DNA from: an uncultured Dehalococcoidia bacterium
GTDB lineage: Bacteria; Chloroflexota; Dehalococcoidia; DSTF01; JACRBR01
NCBI GenBank assembly: GCA_964371095.1
Contig: CAYJMJ010000008.1
Location: 8,278-72,277, forward strand
Reading direction: 5' to 3'
DNA: 64,000 bases
Numbering within the stretch: position 1 is the stretch's first letter; each line of letters opens with the position of its first letter. The translations under genes were made by a program, and so were the position numbers. The notes beneath the pieces are model-generated. The model searched no databases. It was not told the origin of the DNA and saw nothing but the letters and a program-made list of their open reading frames with translations. Shown here one piece after another: positions 45,128 through 54,897 of the stretch.

Positions 45128-47962
45128 TCACCCCGCGCTCTCCGCGAACTCCAGCGCCGCTTCCTCCGCGACGAGCGGTCCGCGCGCCACCTCCAGCTCG
45201 CCCCAGTTCTTGCCCGTCTTGACGTCGACCTTCAGCGGCACCACGAGATCGAGCGACGCCGGCATCACACGCAGGCACATGTCGCGTATCGCATCGATCT
45301 CCGAACGCGGCCCCTCGAAGATCAACTCATCGTGCACCTGTAGGATCATCTTCGTCTCGAGCTTCTTCGCGGTCAGCTCCTCGTCGACCCGGTTCATCGC
45401 CACCTTGATGATGTCGCTCGCCGTGCCCTGGACCGGCATGTTGATCGCCATCCGCTCCCCCGACGAGCGGATCTGGAAGTTCGGCGACTTGATCTCCGGG
45501 ATGTAGCGCCGCCGGCCCAGCAGCGTCTCGGCGTAGCCTAACGCCCGGCAGCTCTCGATGGCGCCGTCGCGCCAGTCGCGTACCTTCGCGTACTTCTCGA
45601 AGTAGCGGCGGATGAACGCCGCCGCCTCTTCGCGCGTGATGCGTTCGCGCGACGACAGCCCGAACTCGCTCAGCCCGTACATGACGCCAAAGTTGAACAC
45701 CTTCGCCCGCCGCCGCTGCTCCGGCGTGACCTCGTCGAGCGGCACGCCGAACACGCTCGCCGCGGTTGCGGCGTGGATGTCCTCGTCGAGCCGGAACGCT
45801 TCGATCAGCGCCGGGTCCTGGCTCAGGTGCGCCATGATCCTCAGCTCGATCTGCGAATAGTCGGCCGCCAGCAGCATCGGATCCTTGCCGACGTCGCGCG
45901 CGATGAACGCCCGCCGGATCTTGTTCCCGTACCCGGTCCGCACCGGAATGTTCTGAAGGTTCGGGTCGATCGACGACAGCCTGCCCGTCGCCGCCGTCGC
46001 CTGGTTGAACGTCGTGTGGATGCGGCGCGTCTTCGAGTCGATCAGCGCGGGTAGGGCATCGACGTACGTCGACTTGAGCTTCGACACGCCGCGGTACCGC
46101 AGGATCAGGTCGATGGCCGGATGCAGGCCGCGCAGCGTTTCCATCGCCGCGGCATCGGTCGTGTAGCCGAGCTTCGTGCGGCGGGTCTTCGGCAGTCCCA
46201 ACTCCTCGAACAGGATGACCGACAGTTGCTGCGGCGAACCAATGTTGAACTCGTGCCCCACGACGGCGTAGATCTCCCGTTCGATTTCCGCCATCTCCGA
46301 CTGCATCTCTCGCGACATGTCGACGAGTGGCGCCGGATCGACGGCCACGCCGGTCAGCTCCATGCCCGCGAGCACGCGCATGAGCGGCATCTCGACGTCG
46401 TCGAAGAGGGGCCAGAGGTTCCGTGCCTTCAGCTCACCCGCGAGCACGTCGGCCGTCCGAAGCTGGGCGTCGGCCTGCAGGCAGCAGTACTCGGCAGCCG
46501 TATCGATGGCCACGGACGACATCGTCAGCTGGTTCTTGCCGGCCTTGCCGATCAGGTCGTTCAGCGCGGGAATCCGCAAGTGGATACGGTCGAACGCCAG
46601 ATCCTGTATCGAGATGTTCGCCTCGCCGAGCAGGTATGCCGCGATCAGCGTATCGAACCGCATGCCGCGCATCACGACGCCGTGATTCGCGAGCACGAGG
46701 AAGTCGAAGTGCCCGTTGTGCGTCACCTTCGCCACAGAGTCATCTTCGAGAATCGGCCGCAGCGCGCCCAGCACGGCCTCCAGCGAGAGTTGCGTCGCTT
46801 CGCCGAGCGCGAGGTTGTGCCCGACCGGCACGTATGCCGCCTGGCCCGGACCGGTCGCGATCGCGATGCCGACCACAACGCCGCGCATGCCGTTCGCGTC
46901 GGTGTTCTCGACATGCACGGCGATGCGGCCCGCCGCCTTCGCCTGCTTCACCAGCGCCTTCAGGTCCCGCTCGCTGGCGACGGTTCGATAGGTGCGTCCG
47001 CCCGGCTCGGCAACGGGCGCCGCGGGTTCCTCCTTTGCGCCGTCCGCCACGCCGAGCGTCGCAGGCAGCCGGCCGACGAGCGAGCGGAACTCCAGCTCGT
47101 GGAACAGTTCTTCGACGCGCTTGCGGTCGAATCCGCGCAGCCGGCACGCCTCCAGGTCGAGCTGTGCAGGCACTTCGCGGTGGATCGTCGCCATCTCGGT
47201 ACTCAGCCGCGCCGCCGCCTCGTTCGCGCGCAGGTTCTCGCGCAGCTTCTCCGGCATCACCTCGTCGAGGCGCTCGTAAATCCGCTCGACGGAGTCAAAC
47301 TGCTGCAGCAGCTTCGTCGCCGTCTTCTCGCCGATGCCTGGCACGCCGGGAATATTGTCCGAGGGGTCGCCCTTCAGCCCCTTGAAGTCGGCGATCTGGT
47401 CGGGCCGCAGCCCGTACCGCTCGATGACCGCGGCGTCGTCGTACTCCACCGCGGGCGCGCCCTTGACGTACGGTCGGTACAGGAACACCTCGACGCCCGG
47501 CTCCACGAGCTGCAGCAGGTCCGTGTCGAGGGAGACGATGCACACCGGCACGCCCTGCGCCTTCGCCTGCTTTGCGAGCGTGCCGAGCAGATCGTCGGCC
47601 TCGAATCCCGGCTCCTCGAACACCGGCATATTGAACGCCCCGATGACCTCGCGGATGCGGGCGCTCTGGCGGCGCAGGTCGTCTGGCATGGCGGCGCGCG
47701 TAGCCTTGTACGTCTCGTCCTTCTCGTGCCGAAACGTCTTTCCCGGCGCGTCGAGACAGATCGCCGCCAACGACGGCTTCAGTTGTTCGAGGATGCTCAG
47801 GAACACACTCGTGAAGCCGTAGACGGCGGTCACGATCTCGCCGGTGCGGCGGATCGTGAATTCGACGGGGCCCGACGTGCGACTGCCCTGGAACGCGAAA
47901 AACGACCGGTAGATCAGGCTGTGACCGTCGATCAGGACGAGGCGCTGCTTGTCATCTGGCAC
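45128..47962 (-). CDS. polA: DNA polymerase I
   Basis: 5'-nuclease 'LVLIDGHSLIYR...EADD...GDPSDNIPGV'; motif A 'DYSQIELR'; motif B 'RRAKVFNFGVMYG'; motif C 'QVHDEL'. Confidence 0.98.
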   Translation of the reverse strand: MPDDKQRLVLIDGHSLIYRSFFAFQGSRTSGPVEFTIRRTGEIVTAVYGFTSVFLSILEQLKPSLAAICLDAPGKTFRHEKDETYKATRAAMPDDLRRQSARIREVIGAFNMPVFEEPGFEADDLLGTLAKQAKAQGVPVCIVSLDTDLLQLVEPGVEVFLYRPYVKGAPAVEYDDAAVIERYGLRPDQIADFKGLKGDPSDNIPGVPGIGEKTATKLLQQFDSVERIYERLDEVMPEKLRENLRANEAAARLSTEMATIHREVPAQLDLEACRLRGFDRKRVEELFHELEFRSLVGRLPATLGVADGAKEEPAAPVAEPGGRTYRTVASERDLKALVKQAKAAGRIAVHVENTDANGMRGVVVGIAIATGPGQAAYVPVGHNLALGEATQLSLEAVLGALRPILEDDSVAKVTHNGHFDFLVLANHGVVMRGMRFDTLIAAYLLGEANISIQDLAFDRIHLRIPALNDLIGKAGKNQLTMSSVAIDTAAEYCCLQADAQLRTADVLAGELKARNLWPLFDDVEMPLMRVLAGMELTGVAVDPAPLVDMSREMQSEMAEIEREIYAVVGHEFNIGSPQQLSVILFEELGLPKTRRTKLGYTTDAAAMETLRGLHPAIDLILRYRGVSKLKSTYVDALPALIDSKTRRIHTTFNQATAATGRLSSIDPNLQNIPVRTGYGNKIRRAFIARDVGKDPMLLAADYSQIELRIMAHLSQDPALIEAFRLDEDIHAATAASVFGVPLDEVTPEQRRRAKVFNFGVMYGLSEFGLSSRERITREEAAAFIRRYFEKYAKVRDWRDGAIESCRALGYAETLLGRRRYIPEIKSPNFQIRSSGERMAINMPVQGTASDIIKVAMNRVDEELTAKKLETKMILQVHDELIFEGPRSEIDAIRDMCLRVMPASLDLVVPLKVDVKTGKNWGELEVARGPLVAEEAALEFAESAG

Positions 47963-48074
47963 GGATCGATTATACGACGGCGGCCGGCCGGGCGCGCATT
48001 CCGCCTTACGCTGCCGGCCCGCATAATGGTGCCGTTCCGCACGTCGCCCGTCCCGCACCGAAGGAGCCGTCACC

Positions 48075-48872
48075 ATGCCTGCCTACGAACACATCCTGTA
48101 CGAGACGCACGGCGCCGTTGCGCTGATCACACTGAATCGGCCCGAGCGGCTGAACGCGTGGACAAACACGATGGAGAATGAGTTCATCGACGCGGTCAAC
48201 GTGGCAGCGAAGGATCCGGACGTCGGATGCGCCGTCGTGACGGGCGCTGGCCGCGGCTTCTGCGCCGGCGCCGACATCGGCGGCTGGGACCGCGGGCAGA
48301 AAGGCGATGCGCCGCGTCGCGTGTCGAAGATGCTCTCCGAGGGCGGCAGCCCGGAGGTGCCGATTGCGCTCAGCCGCGGCAAGCCGATCATCGCGGCGAT
48401 CAACGGCGTCAGCGTCGGCGTCGGGCTGACGATGCCGATGGCGTGTGACATCCGCATCGCCTCGATCGAGGCGCGCTTCTCGGCGCGCTTCGTGAAGGTG
48501 GGGCTGACGCCGGAGTGCGGCAGCAGCCGTTACCTGCCGCTCGTCGCCGGGTTGCCGAACGCGCTGTTTCTCGCCCTTACGGGCCGCATCATCGACGCCG
48601 AAGAGGCGCTGCAGCGCCGGCTCGTCGATCGCCTCGTGCCGCCCGACCAGCTCATGCCAGAGGCGATGAAGCTCGCCGAGGAAATCGCCGCGAACCCGCA
48701 CGAGGCCGTCTGGCAGGCCAAGCGCCTGCTCCACATGAACGCGACCGAGACGGACCTGCGCCACGTGACGACGCTCGAGTCCTACTCGATCCGCGAGCGC
48801 CAGTCCGAGCCCGACCACCGCGAAGCCGTCAGGGCCTTCATCGAGAAGCGCCCGCCGGTGTTCAACCAGTAA
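48075..48872 (+). CDS. Enoyl-CoA hydratase/isomerase family protein
   Basis: 'LNRPERLNA', 'FCAGADI', 'IAAINGVSVGVG', 'DIRIAS'. Confidence 0.93.
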   Translation: MPAYEHILYETHGAVALITLNRPERLNAWTNTMENEFIDAVNVAAKDPDVGCAVVTGAGRGFCAGADIGGWDRGQKGDAPRRVSKMLSEGGSPEVPIALSRGKPIIAAINGVSVGVGLTMPMACDIRIASIEARFSARFVKVGLTPECGSSRYLPLVAGLPNALFLALTGRIIDAEEALQRRLVDRLVPPDQLMPEAMKLAEEIAANPHEAVWQAKRLLHMNATETDLRHVTTLESYSIRERQSEPDHREAVRAFIEKRPPVFNQ

Positions 48873-48886
48873 GGAGCCATTCCCTC

Positions 48887-49741
48887 GTGACCGCATCGAC
48901 AACGGCCGAAGAGGTCGTCGCCCGCTTCGTGCGCCAACTCGACGTCGAGCCCATCGGCATCGACCGGTTCGCCGGGTTGTCGCAGGCCGACGAGCGGTAC
49001 CCGCGCCTGTTCGGCGGCCTCGTGCTCGGCCAGGCGGCCATCGCGGCCGGCCGTACCGCGCCAGATCCCACACTGCACTCGTTGCACGCGTACTTCCTCC
49101 GCGGCGGCCGGTCCGGCGTGCCGATCGAGTACACCGTCGAGCGCGTGCGCGATGGCCGCACGTTCACGTCCCGGCGCGTGCTCGCCCGCCAGGCCGGCGA
49201 GCCGATCTGCGACATCACGGCCAGCTTCGTGCACCCGGAGGAGGGAATCGCGCACCAGGGATCGATGCCCGCGGTGCCCGGCCCAGACGCTCTGCGCGAC
49301 GCCCGGGAGCAGTATCCCCATCCGGACGGCTCCCTCCGGCCGGTCGATGCGATCGAGTGGCGACTGCTGGAGTCGCCGGAGAAGGTCGCCGGTCCCGGCG
49401 AGGAGCCGGTCGTGTACTCGTGGTTCCGCATACGCGCGCCGCTGCCCGATGATCACGTCCTGCACACGGCCGCGCTCATCTATGCCAGCGACGACGGCTC
49501 GTTCGACGCGATCGAGCGGCGATACGGATGGGCCGGGTTCAGCGATTATGCATCGGCGAGCCTGGATCACGCACTCTGGATTCACCGGCCGATTCGCTGG
49601 GATGGATGGTTCCTCAGCGTGACGTACAGCCCGGTGGCGCACGCCGCGCGCGCGCTCAGCCTTCGTGACTTCTACACGCAGGACGGCACGCACGTCGCCA
49701 CGATGGCGCAGGAGGCCGTCGTCCGCCGCGAGCGCGGGTGA
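48887..49741 (+). CDS. tesB: Acyl-CoA thioesterase II family
   Basis: 'LFGGLVLGQA', 'HSLHAYFLR', 'RDGRTFTSRRV', 'ASLDHALWIHR', 'MAQEA'. Confidence 0.9.
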   Translation: MTASTTAEEVVARFVRQLDVEPIGIDRFAGLSQADERYPRLFGGLVLGQAAIAAGRTAPDPTLHSLHAYFLRGGRSGVPIEYTVERVRDGRTFTSRRVLARQAGEPICDITASFVHPEEGIAHQGSMPAVPGPDALRDAREQYPHPDGSLRPVDAIEWRLLESPEKVAGPGEEPVVYSWFRIRAPLPDDHVLHTAALIYASDDGSFDAIERRYGWAGFSDYASASLDHALWIHRPIRWDGWFLSVTYSPVAHAARALSLRDFYTQDGTHVATMAQEAVVRRERG

Positions 49742-49754
49742 AGCGCGACGAGCG

Positions 49755-50906
49755 TCAGCGCGGCCCCGATGCGGCGTTGTAGTAGAGCTCCTCGTGGGCG
49801 TCCGTCACGCGCTCCCACGAGAAGTGCTCGCGCGCGTGCGCGAGCGACCTCGCCCGCTGGCACGCCACCACATCCGGAGACGCGATCAACTCGACCAGCC
49901 GCGCCCGCAGCGACTCGACCGGACGGTTGATGTCGAACGTCAGCCCTGCTTCGCCTACCGTCTCGACGTTCTCGGCGATGTCGCTGACCAGCACGCAGTT
50001 GCCGTACCCCATCGCCTCGACGACCGACAGCGCCGTGCCCTCGACCTCAGATGGCTGGACGTAGACGTACGCGTGCGCGAACAGCTCGCGCACCGGCTCG
50101 CCGTACACGGGTCCGAGCAGCTTCACATTCCGGCGACCGGCCGCGCGCATGTGGAGTGACTTCCAGTACTCCGGGTCGCCGGACCCGTCTCCGACGATGA
50201 CCAGAACCTTCTCCGTGTCGAGGTCCCGGAACGCCTCGATCAGGTGGTGCACGCCCTTTTCCGGGGTGACGCGACCGACGAACAGCACGTAGCCCCGTTC
50301 GTCGAGCCCGTACGTCCGCAGCGCGCCGCGTCCCGCGATCTCACGCATGTCGACGCCGTGGCTGATGTAGTGCGGCGCCCGGCCGTAGCGCGCGACGTAC
50401 CACCGCGCGACCTCCCGTGAGTCCGTGATACACGCCGACGACGCCCGCATTGCCAGCAGCGACGAGCGCTCGAGCAGGTTGCGCGCCAGCCAGCCCCACT
50501 TCCGCCGTCGCCAGTCCATCCCGTCCACGGAGATGACCGTTGCGCCGCCTGCCAGCCTGAGCATCGGAAGCCAGGGAGCATTCCCCACGCCGAACACGTG
50601 CACGATGTCCGAGCGATGCGCGAGCGCGTGAACGGCAGCTGTCGCCGTGTGCGTGGGTGTGTCGAAGTGCTTTCGGTGGAGCGACGGCATCTCGACCCGC
50701 CGAATACCCCGGTACACCGGGTCGCGGCGCGTGGCATTGTGGGTGCGGCAGTATGCCGTCACCTGGTGCCCGCGCTCCACGAGGCGCGCACCGACCTCCT
50801 CGGCAACTTTCTCGAGGCCGCCGTAGTTGGCCGGAACGCCGCGCATTCCGAGCATGGCGATCCGCAGCGGACGCCGGAGCGGCGGCTCATTGGACGGAGG
50901 AGGCAT
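49755..50906 (-). CDS. GT4 family glycosyltransferase
   Basis: 'GMRGVPANYGGLE', 'FVGRVTPEKG', 'EGTALSVVEAMGYG'. Confidence 0.92.
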   Translation of the reverse strand: MPPPSNEPPLRRPLRIAMLGMRGVPANYGGLEKVAEEVGARLVERGHQVTAYCRTHNATRRDPVYRGIRRVEMPSLHRKHFDTPTHTATAAVHALAHRSDIVHVFGVGNAPWLPMLRLAGGATVISVDGMDWRRRKWGWLARNLLERSSLLAMRASSACITDSREVARWYVARYGRAPHYISHGVDMREIAGRGALRTYGLDERGYVLFVGRVTPEKGVHHLIEAFRDLDTEKVLVIVGDGSGDPEYWKSLHMRAAGRRNVKLLGPVYGEPVRELFAHAYVYVQPSEVEGTALSVVEAMGYGNCVLVSDIAENVETVGEAGLTFDINRPVESLRARLVELIASPDVVACQRARSLAHAREHFSWERVTDAHEELYYNAASGPR

Positions 50907-50909
50907 GGA

Positions 50910-51938
50910 CTAGAACACTCGTGAATAGGGCTTGAGCGACTCGTGGACCTCGGACAGCAGCTGCATCCAGCGCAGATTGTAGTAGCGCGGGTGCAACAGC
51001 TCCTGGCCGTCGACGTTCTTCATCCGCGCGAGGACGCTGTCGACCGAATCGCGCGGCGTGCGCTCCGGCGTCCACCCGGTCGCATCGGTCAGGCGGGCGT
51101 TCGTGCAGCGGTAATCCCGCTTCCGCCCCGTCGCCGGCACCGACGTGATCTCGACCGGCCCCACGACGGGCCGCACGGCTTTCGCCACGACCTGCGCCAG
51201 ATCGCGGACCTGGTAGTTCGCCTGCAGGACGTTGAACAGCTTTCCGGCCACCTTTTCCGCCGGCGCCTCCATGACGACGATGTGCGCCGTGGCGACGTCT
51301 TTGACATCGACGAGCGGGCGCCACATGAGGCCTCCGTCGTGCAAGAAGAGCTGCTTCTTTATCAGCGCGTCCTTGAGGAACGTGTTGACGACGAGGTCGT
51401 AGCGCATGCGACGGCTGTATCCGCCGACCGTCCCCTGGCGCAGGACCACGACGTCCAGGCCGCCTGCCGCCGCGACGGCGAACAGCTTGCGCTCAGCCTC
51501 GAACTTGGATTGCGCGTACGCCCCGATGGGCTCCACGCGCGCGTCCTCATCGAGCACGTCTTGCGTCGACAGCCCGTCGTAGATCGAGCCGCTCGAGCCG
51601 AACGTCAGGCGCCGCACGCCCATGCGAACGCATGCCTTCGCAAGTTCCTCGGTCGCCACGGTGTTCATTTGCCAGTTCGCGTGGGGATCCAGGTCCGCGG
51701 TCGGGTCGTTCGACAGCCCGGCGAGGTGGCAGACGGTGTCGACGCCCTCCAGGTCGCTGTCGCGCATCTCTCGCACGTCTCGCGAGACAAGCTCGACGTT
51801 CGGCAGGCGATCGAGCCCCGCCGTGCCCCAGAAGAAGCGGTCGAGGACGCGCACCCGGTCGCCGCGGTGGACGAGCTGTTCGACCAGCTCCACCCCGATG
51901 AACCCGGCGCCGCCCGTTACGCAGACCAGCCTATCCAC
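50910..51938 (-). CDS. NAD-dependent epimerase/dehydratase
   Basis: 'TGGAGFIG', 'LAGLSND', 'YAQSK', 'RMRYDLVVN'; GTG 51938 with GGAG SD. Confidence 0.9.
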   Translation of the reverse strand: MDRLVCVTGGAGFIGVELVEQLVHRGDRVRVLDRFFWGTAGLDRLPNVELVSRDVREMRDSDLEGVDTVCHLAGLSNDPTADLDPHANWQMNTVATEELAKACVRMGVRRLTFGSSGSIYDGLSTQDVLDEDARVEPIGAYAQSKFEAERKLFAVAAAGGLDVVVLRQGTVGGYSRRMRYDLVVNTFLKDALIKKQLFLHDGGLMWRPLVDVKDVATAHIVVMEAPAEKVAGKLFNVLQANYQVRDLAQVVAKAVRPVVGPVEITSVPATGRKRDYRCTNARLTDATGWTPERTPRDSVDSVLARMKNVDGQELLHPRYYNLRWMQLLSEVHESLKPYSRVF

Positions 51939-52227
51939 AGTGGCTCCCCTCGATTCCGAGCACCCCGCGTCCGGTTCGCACGACGGCGTCTCAAGAGAAC
52001 AACGCCCGCCGTCCGGATTCCATTGCACGGTCTGCCCTCCGCCTTCAGCCGATGCGCCCACGCCGAAGCAGCACATCTGACGTTCGGCGGGGAGTCGGGC
52101 GGCGCGGTTCCGTTGCGATGGAAGTTCACTCTATCACGAGCCGCTCACAAAATGTCGATACTCACGTTGAACTTGACAGACGAGACCACCGCTCCATCGC
52201 ATGATACTCTTCTCTCCATCGCGCGGC

Positions 52228-53637
52228 TCAGGCTGCCCGGTCAGCCGGCGGCGCCGGCTCCGCCTCATCGCCGCCGCGCTGCCCGACGCGCCGCCGCCGG
52301 TATGAGCCGCCCGTAGCGACGACGAACCCGGCCGCCGCCCAGAAATACCAGTCGAGCGCCGGGTGCACGATCACGTTGTCGGAGAGCGCGATCGCCGCCC
52401 GGGCGATGAATGCCACCATGAACGCCAGCAGGACGTCACGTTCGAACGCATGCTCCGCATTGTGACGCGCGTCGCGCGCCAGCCTCCATAAGCGGCCGTA
52501 GAGCGACACGGCCGCGACAAGGCCGACCACGCCAGTCTCCACCAGGAGCCGGAGGTACTCGTTGTGTGTCGGTTCCTCGAGAACCGTTTGCACGGCTCCA
52601 AGCCCGGCGCCCACGGTGGCCAGCTGCGGCGTCGATGCCACGCCCAGCGCCTTCTGCCATTGCTGCTGCCGCCACAGGACCGAGCCCGTGGTGTCGGTCA
52701 CCTCGCTGACGCGCGCGCGAAAACTCGGGACGCCGAAGTACATCGCGCCCACGATGAGCGGAACGAAGATGAGCGTCCACCGCGCTCGCACCAACGAGAA
52801 CACCATGATCGAAACGACGAGCCCCACCCACGCACCGCGCGTCTGCGCGGCATAGATACAAAACACCATCGCCGGAATCATCAGGCCGAGCCCGAGGCGG
52901 GCGAACTTCGAGCGGGTGTGCAGGAAGAAGGCCGCGGCGAACGGCGCCATCTGCACGAGGTAGAACGAGAACGGCGATGGGTGCGTAAACGTCCCGTAGA
53001 TCCGCATCAGCCCCGGAGTGTCGGTGTTGCCGGTATTCGTCAGGTACTGCCACACGCCCATCGCCAGCGGTCCAATCGCCGACAGCAGCAACACGCGGAT
53101 GAGCCAGCGCTGCTGGCTCCGCGTCTGGATCAGGTCGACGATCAGCACGTACATGGCGAACGAGCCGACCATGCGCACCCAGTCCTGAATCGACTCGTTC
53201 TTGTCCGGCGCCAGTGCGACGCCGGCCAGCGCCACCGCCAGGAACAGCGCCATCGGCTTCGTGAGCGGCACCCGCGTAACGTCGATGTGGGCCAATGCGA
53301 CGTGCGTGAACGCCAGGCCGATCGCGAGAAAGCTCATCATCGCGGCCGCGTTCACGTTCGCACTGCCGGACGCGGACAGCAACGGTACGGTCGACGTCAC
53401 ATCCATGCTCGATCGCACGAGCAACAGCGACAGCACGGCGACGCGCGTGTCGACGAGCGCGAGGATCACGAAGGCGCCGACGATCGACGACGCGAGCGCG
53501 GCCTCCATGGGCAGCACCACGATCAGGACGGCGACAAGGCCGCCCATGACCAACGATAGCCAGACGTCGCTGCTCCGCCGGAGCCCGCCGAACGGGCGAC
53601 CGCCGAGCTGCGGCAGTGCGGGCACACGCACAGTCAT
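52228..53637 (-). CDS. O-antigen ligase / Wzy polymerase family membrane protein
   Basis: About 12 TM; 'RIYGTFTHP', 'TRGAW', 'HNEYLRLLVETGVVG'. Confidence 0.85.
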   Translation of the reverse strand: MTVRVPALPQLGGRPFGGLRRSSDVWLSLVMGGLVAVLIVVLPMEAALASSIVGAFVILALVDTRVAVLSLLLVRSSMDVTSTVPLLSASGSANVNAAAMMSFLAIGLAFTHVALAHIDVTRVPLTKPMALFLAVALAGVALAPDKNESIQDWVRMVGSFAMYVLIVDLIQTRSQQRWLIRVLLLSAIGPLAMGVWQYLTNTGNTDTPGLMRIYGTFTHPSPFSFYLVQMAPFAAAFFLHTRSKFARLGLGLMIPAMVFCIYAAQTRGAWVGLVVSIMVFSLVRARWTLIFVPLIVGAMYFGVPSFRARVSEVTDTTGSVLWRQQQWQKALGVASTPQLATVGAGLGAVQTVLEEPTHNEYLRLLVETGVVGLVAAVSLYGRLWRLARDARHNAEHAFERDVLLAFMVAFIARAAIALSDNVIVHPALDWYFWAAAGFVVATGGSYRRRRVGQRGGDEAEPAPPADRAA

Positions 53638-54872
53638 CGGCTTTGCGCCGTTCCCCGGGATGGCGCGGGCGCCAGGGCACCCGCATGCAATGCCCGTTCC
53701 CTCAGCATCGGCTCGAGAATCTCGGATATCTCTTCGACGCGATGGTCCCAGGACTCGAGCGCCGTCGCGCGCACACGCTCCGCGGCGCGCTCGGGCGAAT
53801 CCTGCGCGATCGCGTCGCGCACCGCCTCGTGGAACGACTCCTTCGACCGCGCGATGGTCAATCCCTTGCCGTCGTAGGCGCGCATCTCCTCCATGTCCGT
53901 CGCCACGATTGGCTTTCCCGCGGCCATGTACTCGTACAGCTTCAGCGGAAAAATGTGGTGCGTGAAGTCGTTCAGCACGTACGGGATCAGGCAGGCATCC
54001 ATCGCCTTCAGGTACGCCGGGAGCTGATCGATGCGTCGATTGCCGAAGAAGCGGACGTTCCGAATCCCCTGAAGGCGCTCCAGCCCTTGCACGTCGCCTT
54101 TCACGGGACCGATGATTGCGATCGACCAGTCCGGCTGCCGCTCGGCCATGTATGCCAGCAGCTCGGTGTCCAGCCGGAAGTCGACGACGCCGACGTACCC
54201 GACGATCGTGCCCCGCAGTTCCGCGATGTCGTCGGGCACCTTCGTCTCGGAAAGCCCGGCGGTCGCAAACAGGTCGACGTCCGCCCCTTCCGGAACGAAG
54301 TGGATGTTCTCATTGAGCGAGCGCCGTTCCTCGACGAGCATCCTGCCAGTGCAAATGACGACGTCCGCTTCACGGCAGCAGGCGGCCTCGCGGGCGCGCA
54401 CGCTCGCCGGCATGTTCCACCAGTGGGGGATGCCGGAGAAATCATCGACACAGTGGTAGATCGACAGCGCCGGCTCGACCGCGCGGCCCAGACCTGGCAT
54501 CGTCGGCTGGAAGTTCCAGTAGATCGGATCCCGCAGCTTGAGCTGCGCAACCTGCCGCGCAAGCCAGCGACGCAAGATGAACGCGTTGATCATGTTCGCG
54601 AGCTTCAGGTTGCGGAGTGGCAAGATCGGCGACGGTGAGCCCGCGAAAACGTTCTTCGCCACTTCCCGGTACCCGTGCCGCCACCGCCAGAACTGGCGCA
54701 CGACCGCATCGCGCCGGCGTATGCCCGTCAGCAGCGAGAGCGGCGAAATCGGCTGATCGACGAAGAAGATCCGGTTGTGCTTCGCGAGCCGGCTCATCTG
54801 CTGCTGCGGCGTCGCCCAGTGGTCATCCCACGTTACGAACGACAGGCAGACGATGTCACGATCCTTGATCAT
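53634..54872 (-). CDS. GT-B glycosyltransferase (TuaH-like)
   Basis: 'IYHCVDDF', 'GYVGVVD', 'PLKLYEYMAAGKPIV'. Confidence 0.88.
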   Translation of the reverse strand: MIKDRDIVCLSFVTWDDHWATPQQQMSRLAKHNRIFFVDQPISPLSLLTGIRRRDAVVRQFWRWRHGYREVAKNVFAGSPSPILPLRNLKLANMINAFILRRWLARQVAQLKLRDPIYWNFQPTMPGLGRAVEPALSIYHCVDDFSGIPHWWNMPASVRAREAACCREADVVICTGRMLVEERRSLNENIHFVPEGADVDLFATAGLSETKVPDDIAELRGTIVGYVGVVDFRLDTELLAYMAERQPDWSIAIIGPVKGDVQGLERLQGIRNVRFFGNRRIDQLPAYLKAMDACLIPYVLNDFTHHIFPLKLYEYMAAGKPIVATDMEEMRAYDGKGLTIARSKESFHEAVRDAIAQDSPERAAERVRATALESWDHRVEEISEILEPMLRERALHAGALAPAPSRGTAQSR

Positions 54873-54897
54873 CCGGCTCCCGCTCCCGCGCTCTCGC

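Noticed and set aside
46880-46930. PolA 3'-5' exonuclease motif I reads VHVEN instead of DxE
   Set aside because: Real, but loss of proofreading residues is common in bacterial PolA; not novel.
52173-52208. Plus-strand TTGACA suggesting an antisense promoter
   Set aside because: The nearest -10-like hexamer (GATACT) is 24 bp away, so the spacing is wrong.
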